A DNA stretch of 63,732 nucleotides, counting the filler, from Lenisia limosa (taxonomy: Eukaryota > Protista > Breviatea): the NCBI GenBank assembly GCA_001655205.1. It is 10 parts of 10 records of this genome, joined end to end, with 100 filler letters (N's around TTAATTAATTAA, not from the genome) between each part and the next. Parts side by side here need not be neighbours in the genome. Positions count along the whole stretch, not along the records: positions 56,445 to 58,572 come from LPNZ01006417.1; positions 58,673 to 62,086 come from LPNZ01004933.1; positions 62,187 to 63,732 come from LPNZ01010988.1; 7 more parts are not named here. The stretch is one strand, 5' to 3'. Positions 58,371 through 63,732 of the stretch are shown in pieces. The notes under the pieces were generated by a model. The model searched no databases. It saw only the letters and a program-made list of their open reading frames with translations, and was not told the DNA's origin. The position numbers and the translations under genes are program-made. How positions within the stretch are numbered: position 1 is the stretch's first letter; the number at the start of each line of letters is the position of its first letter.

Positions 58371-58672
58371 GGGTTCACTGAATAACATTTCTCTGAAACG
58401 ATTTTGGGGCTAGGAATACCGCCATTATATCAATGTCATCAAATAGAGTATTTAAGCTGATAATTCCGATTGCAAACTCTGCGTATTGATATCGGCAACC
58501 GATGCCAATCCTTGCGTTTTACTGATAATCACTCCGCTATTGAGCTTATCGTCTAGGCCTGCCATCCCCTGANNNNNNNNNNNNNNNNNNNNNNNNNNNN
58601 NNNNNNNNNNNNNNNNTTAATTAATTAANNNNNNNNNNNNNNNNNNNNNNNNNNNNNNNNNNNNNNNNNNNN

Positions 58673-58754
58673 TGGCCCTGGTACCCGGAGGTCCCGGACT
58701 CGACAAGTGGCACCCCCGCGGTGAGGCACATTTTGTTGACGTGTCGTCTGGCGT
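58673..58754 (-). CDS. UBA2: SUMO-activating enzyme subunit 2, single visible exon
   Basis: [28 protein letters not shown] matches UBA2 [28 protein letters not shown]. It is preceded by a module-B acceptor. Confidence 0.8.
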
Positions 58755-58850
58755 CTGAGAAGAGAGGGTAAAATTGGACAATTTATGAAATAAAAAAAAA
58801 GCCTAAAATCAACTTTGTTGGCTAACAACACACGAGGGTTGAGAAAACAA
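58755..58850 (-). mobile_element. Intronic 3' module B copy at the UBA2 acceptor
   Basis: Sense ttgtttgttttctcaaccctcgtgtgttgttagccaacaaagttgattttaggcttttt...ttcataaattgtccaattttaccctctcttcag|. Confidence 0.85.
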
Positions 58851-59299
58851 ACAACATTTCCCTTTTTCGGATCGTAGGGATGCCCGAGTGATTGGTGATT
58901 NNNNNNNNNNNNNNNNNNNNNNNNNNNNNNNNNNNNNNNNNNNNNNNNNNNNNNNNNNNNNNNNNNNNNNNNNNNNNNNNNNNNNNNNNNNNNNNNNNNN
59001 NNNNNNNNNNNNNNNNNNNNNNNNNNNNNNNNNNNNNNNNNNNNNNNNNNNNNNNNNNNNNNNNNNNNNNNNNNNNNNNNNNNNNNNNNNNNNNNNNNNN
59101 NNNNNNNNNNNNNNNNNACAACAAAAAACACAAAAACAAAACAAGCCCGAGCCAGCCTTTGAAGAGTCCCACCACCGCCGCTCAATCACCCAAACGTACC
59201 TGTAAGGCGTTAAAAAAGTAAGGGAAATGTTAAAAAAAATTTGCAATCATAATGCTTAGAGCCGTCCCAAGCATACGACCCCCGAGGGGATCAAAGCTG

Positions 59300-60400
59300 G
59301 ATGGACAGAGCGGACCAGACCAGACTGCAGAAAAGAATCTCAACAGGTACGAACCATATGGTGCCAAGCAAACTGTGACATTCTAAACCATACTGATGCT
59401 GAGCAAAAAAGTAGTAATGGTATCAACAAAAGTGGCTGGGCAAACACACAGCACAAAACAAAACAAAACAAACACATACAGCAAACATTAAAATCAAAAC
59501 AACAGCACAAAAAAAAACAAAAAAACAAACAAGTCAAAGGTTACTTTAAAAAAACTATTAAGCTGAGGGGAATAATAGCACTAGGGCTTTGAAAAAGCTC
59601 CCCTAGTTAATCGTTGAACCTAAACAGTATGACAGACTTGGCGCATCAGGCGGACGCGTCTGGGGTTAACGAAGGGAAATCTGCAGACAGAAATGAAAGT
59701 TTTAGCAATCGCAAGGACACGCTGACGCCTGTGTCCATTAGCAATTAACTTGTGTAAGAGTAATACAGCATAATCCCTGAAGGCGATAATTGACGAGCAG
59801 AGGGGGGGGTAAAACGAAGGAAATTTTGATGAAGAATATTGGCAAGGTACACATTAGGGGCGATTTTGATTTCGGTGGTAGCTGTGGTGTGAGGGGTTGG
59901 GGGGTTGGTAGAAAAAGTGGGGGTTATGTCTTCTGATTTCCAATTTGCCATTGTCTTACTGATTCCTCCCAGGCTGCCTTCCCCGGTAGCGATCCGAGAG
60001 AATTCTGGCAAAGAGCCAAGGACAGAAATGTTCAAACTGCCCGTGAGGGGGGGGGGGGTAAGCATACCACAATAAACTATGGGTGATCAATGCAACTCAT
60101 AATGATAGAGGTGGCTTGGGAAAAACCTCAAGCAAGTCAGTCGTGTGAGAGGGGGTGTTATAATATTATGTGATATACTAGTATGATTGCCAGAGCCATA
60201 GCTCTAAACTGTCTGCATTGAGATACCACCTTTTTCATTTCTCACTTCGACACCGCTTTGTACTAAGCATTACCTACCCTGTTTAGGAGAAATGGACGGA
60301 CTTGGCATGCCGCAGTATTTTGCTATGGAATGCTTCAAGATCACAACACCGACAGAAATGGAATAGGCTGCCCAGGCCGGGCTAACTTAAGTGTTTGTCC
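59300..60400 (-). CDS. Unresolved small gene between QNG1 and UBA2
   Basis: One phase-consistent path reads MALAIILFEHFCPWLFARILSDRYRGRQPGRNQDYAVLLLHKRQRVLAIAKTFISVCRFPFVNPRRVRLMRQ. A minus-oriented acceptor motif lies at ~59800, but plus-strand readings are also possible. Confidence 0.3.
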
Positions 60401-60548
60401 GCGTGTATGGTACTTCGGGGTCGGATTATGCAACATCTGTTCGATTCCAAGTGCGAATAGTCAAAAAAATACATAATACCTCAATTCATATCAGAACGAA
60501 ATCAGTCATTCATAGCCTTTTAGCCGATATTACAAGTTGCCTTCCGCT

Positions 60549-62024
60549 TCAGTAGAACACAGAGCGGGTTTTATGCACAGGCCACTTTTTGTAATTATCT
60601 GGGTTCTTCTTTGCATCATCCCACCTGTTCCGTGAAGAAAGCCAAGAAAAGGAACACCATAATGATGCCTTTTTTTATTTCTCATTTCTATATCATGAAG
60701 CCCCTCACAGGTAAAAGTCAACGAGGATGGCGTTGATCTTGGTATCAACACTGTCGTAAGAGAGACAGCCGGAAGCAACGGCTTCTTCACGCGCGAATCC
60801 AACAACCACCTCCACTGAGTGGATGGAGCAGCCGCGAATTTCACATTCTAGCCTTGAACCAGGCGCAAGGGGCTCTGATGCCTGTGGCGTCAGCATTGTG
60901 ATTATCGGTCAATCGAGGGGGTGCGGAAAGGTTTAAGATAGGTATTTTCTTGCAAGGGGGTCCACCACACTGCCAAGAAGAGCCAGATTTTGGCAAAATA
61001 GGAAACGGTTGGGTTGGGAATTAAAAAAGAAAGCTGGGGGGATACTTAAAAGTGAAACATAGGGCTTCAATTCGGTTTGAGGATTTATCAAGAAATTCTT
61101 TCCTTTTCCGAACCGAAGTGAAACCCTGGATACCCCCCTCCCTCCCAACATGTAGTTTCTGAAGAAGGCTCTCAGAATACGTTATGCATTTGGTTCCAAG
61201 GAGAGCCTAATAAATGAGAAAAAAACTCAGGTGTTAAATCACGTGCACCTCAGCAATTCAGTCTTTCAACCTCTCCACCAATTTTGTCTTTTCATAAGTA
61301 TCCATTATTTTTACCCCTCCCCCCTCCCACCTGAGGCACACGGTAGTCAGCAAACATTGTGATTTCGCCAATGTCAGAAAATTTTCCGTATCCTTCACCC
61401 TAAACAGTAATACACATATCATATCGATATATATATAGCAATGAGAAATAAAAAAAAGAATAAGTAGTATGTCTGGCCGAATTCGTCCACACAATACAAC
61501 AACTGATATAAATCACAGTATGGAAGGACATCTTCAAGTTATAACACCTCTTACGTTGTAAGCAGCCCAGAGATCAGCAACAAAGATCTGGGCTCTTTTT
61601 GCGAAAGTTAAACTGTTACCATTTAGCACATATCTGTCAGCAAAGCAGGGAAAGTCCGTCAACTGAATGCTCAATGCTTTAATGGACGCAATATGACGAT
61701 ATAGTGGTTATCAATATCGAAGTTGTACCATAAGTGTTGGCTAACCAGAGTGTTCATGAGCGCCACAGCAGAACCCTTGGCCGAACTGATAAGTTCGACC
61801 ACTGAACCATTGAATTTGTCCAAAAGCACTTTGCCAACCTGGTGATAAGAAACTGAGAGAAGAGTGGAAATAAAAAACCATTAAACTGTGAAGTATCAAT
61901 TATCATTAAACAATAACGCAAAAGTTGTTTTTTTTAAAAAAATTCCAACCTCATTCATAACTTCTTTCCTTCTCTCTAAAAGAGGTACTTCTTTTGAACT
62001 ATCTGATCGAAAGATATCACGAAC
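60549..62024 (-). CDS. QNG1: Queuosine 5'-phosphate N-glycosylase/hydrolase (queuosine salvage, DUF2419/C9orf64), 5'-partial
   Basis: VRDIFRSDSSKEVPLLERR...VGKVLLDKFNGS...FPCFADRY..FAKRAQIFVADLW...GEGYGKFSDIGEITMFADYRVPQ...ECEIRGCSIHSVE...INAILVDFYLWD...WPVHKTRSVFY* (TGA). Confidence 0.92.
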
Positions 62025-62186
62025 CTGGGGGGGGGGTTAAGCATGGTGCTGTGTTACCAAACATACACACATATGTACACACACACNNNNNNNNNNNNNN
62101 NNNNNNNNNNNNNNNNNNNNNNNNNNNNNNTTAATTAATTAANNNNNNNNNNNNNNNNNNNNNNNNNNNNNNNNNNNNNNNNNNNN

Positions 62187-63516
62187 TTGCTTGAGATTTC
62201 CCAGGATTTCGCCGGTTGTGGAGAGCACGTCAACTGAATAGTCAAGACTGGTCATTGAAGCAAAATGTCGGGATTATTTACTTTCCAAAGATGGAGGGGG
62301 ACTTGTATTGTTAAGGATACACTGAGAAAGAATAGATCGTAGGATGACCTTTTTTTTATCTTTAGCATGAGTAATAATTGTGAATGACCGGCCATCCTGG
62401 AGTATCTTGGGATCCTTACCCCCCACCAGAGCCAGAGCGAAGGAAGTACATTGCAGAGCCCGTGTCCCCCTCCTGTCAGTTTAGAGGAATGAAACTTGCT
62501 TGGAAGGAACTCATATTTTATGGTATTTATGGAAGAGCTTCACTATTGGTTCTAAATACAGTATTTTGAATAATTCTCTATATTTGATAAATATCAAATT
62601 ATGATATGCAACCTAAATAAAGCCCTAGCTTATGGTTTCTCAACTTGTAATGATGTATTTTTTTAAAAATAAAATGAACCAAAAGGCCGCTTACGTTAAT
62701 TATGGTGTCGCCGGCGGCGCAGAATGAAATCCGCAAAAGTGTCACACATCGACGAAGGAAACTGGGATGGTGAGGGGAGGGGTGGAGGGAACTGGGATGG
62801 TGAGGGGGAGGNNNNNNNNNNNNNNNNNNNNNNNNNNNNNNNNNNNNNNNNNNNNNNNNNNNNNNAGAAGTGGTGGAAGACAGTAGAATAACTCGTTCTG
62901 GGGTAATGGTTCTGCGTAAGTAGTATGATGGTTCCTTTATTTGCAGTCAAAGAGCTCTTGCCCTCAATACCTTTCTGACGCGTTTGTAAAGACTGGAACT
63001 TGTGATATGATGGAGGTATGGATCTCCAGAGAGACTTCGTTTTGAATATTGTCTGGCAGGCCAGCTGAAAGAATAAAGAACCAATAGAAANNNNNNNNNN
63101 NNNNNNNNNNNNNNNNNNNNNNNNNNNNNNNNNNNNNNNNNNNNNNNNNNNNNNNNNNNNNNNNNNNNNNNNNNNNNNNNNNNNNNNNNNNNNNNNNNNN
63201 NNNNNNNNNNNNNNNNNNNNNNNNNNNNNNNNNNNNNNNNNNNNNNNNNNNNNNNNNNNNNNNNNNNNNNNNNNNNNNNNNNNNNNNNNNNNNNNNNNNN
63301 NNNNNNNNNNNNNNNNNNNNTCGGTAAGATAAGCGAGTAAGATTAAGATTTGACAAAAATGGAGGACAAGAGAAACAGAAACAAAAGCGGAGATGATGTG
63401 ATATACTAGTATATACAATGAGTGTTCATACCTCTTTGATTGAAGTAATTTTGTCCTGATATCTGCGGTACCCAGCGTCATAATCCTGGATCAGCGCCGA
63501 CACATTACCGACAATA
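62187..63516 (-). CDS. Cyclic-nucleotide-gated / EAG-HCN-like cation channel: S6, C-linker and CNBD; partial at both ends
   Basis: IVGNVSALIQDYDAGYRRYQDKITSIKR; GLPDNIQNEVSLEIHTSIISQVPVFTNASE; SFCAAGDTIINEGDTGSAMYFLRSGSVDVLSTTGEILGNLKQ. Confidence 0.88.
62755..62810. repeat. Short G-rich tandem repeat in a channel intron
   Basis: ggaactgggatggtgaggggagg occurs twice and runs into an N gap. Confidence 0.8.
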
Positions 63517-63732
63517 CTGAAAGGGGTTAAGGGCTAGTGAAACAATAATACACTCTATGAAAATATTTAAGATATTGGTAAACATCTTACATCATAAAGG
63601 TCTATGGTTCAGAGAATGCGAAATATTGTAATAGCATATGATTGAGATTGCGCCAATCTAAACATAATGTATGAATAGGGTAAGGGTGCTGACAAGGAGA
63701 GTACAGGATAAACATCTCTGAGATCTAGGGGA

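Noticed and set aside
60400-60460. tRNA-like GTTCGATTCC
   Set aside because: The T-stem and acceptor stem do not pair, so no cloverleaf forms. No tRNA or rRNA gene was found in the window.
26190-60551. Alternative genetic code, or Blastocystis-type stop codons completed by polyadenylation
   Set aside because: Genes whose ends are visible have genome-encoded TAA (RPL15, CFAP96), TAG (kinase, KH, cathepsin) or TGA (QNG1) at the expected positions, and conserved exons have no in-frame stops.
5583-62142. Nine regularly recurring TTAATTAATTAA palindromes as a biological repeat or array
   Set aside because: Each is centred in exactly 100 nt of N padding and genes break there. It is a six-frame-stop concatenation linker.
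168-63481. ORF-track entries made largely of X residues
   Set aside because: They are open only because N runs contain no stops. Real coding here is in short spliced exons.

Overview
This is a draft genome of an intron-rich microbial eukaryote, not a prokaryote. The window is ten unrelated scaffold pieces joined by nine artificial 100-nt linkers (44 N + TTAATTAATTAA + 44 N), so synteny across linkers means nothing and several genes are cut. I spliced exons by eye using GT-AG and the standard code; TAA, TAG and TGA all occur as true stops. Recognisable genes: an axonemal DNAH1-like dynein tail, xanthine dehydrogenase (N-terminal half), a GPAT3/4-type acyltransferase, a BNR/Asp-box protein, RPL15, CFAP96/C4orf47, an STK16-like kinase end, a FUBP-like KH protein, a ZIFL-like MFS transporter, a class III cyclase-like protein, a cathepsin B/C-like protease, a MOV10-like helicase end, one UBA2 exon, QNG1 and a cyclic-nucleotide-gated channel. 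The two ciliary genes imply a flagellated lineage. RPL15 reads stramenopile-like to me, but that is from memory only. The most interesting signal is in the introns. More than 20 introns in unrelated genes end in the same ~50-160 nt module, which terminates at or within a few bases of the acceptor AG, is always host-sense, is variably 5'-truncated and is sometimes stacked. A second ~140-170 nt host-sense module carries a cUUCGg hairpin. Many introns have G-run 5' ends complementary to C-run 3' ends, and splice junctions are repeatedly duplicated into introns. This looks like an Introner-like (intron-generating or splice-site-targeting) element family. It coexists with two TA-flanked MITE families and decayed Tc1/mariner transposase relics. 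All protein identifications are motif recognition from memory; no database search was run, and internal exon boundaries are approximate.
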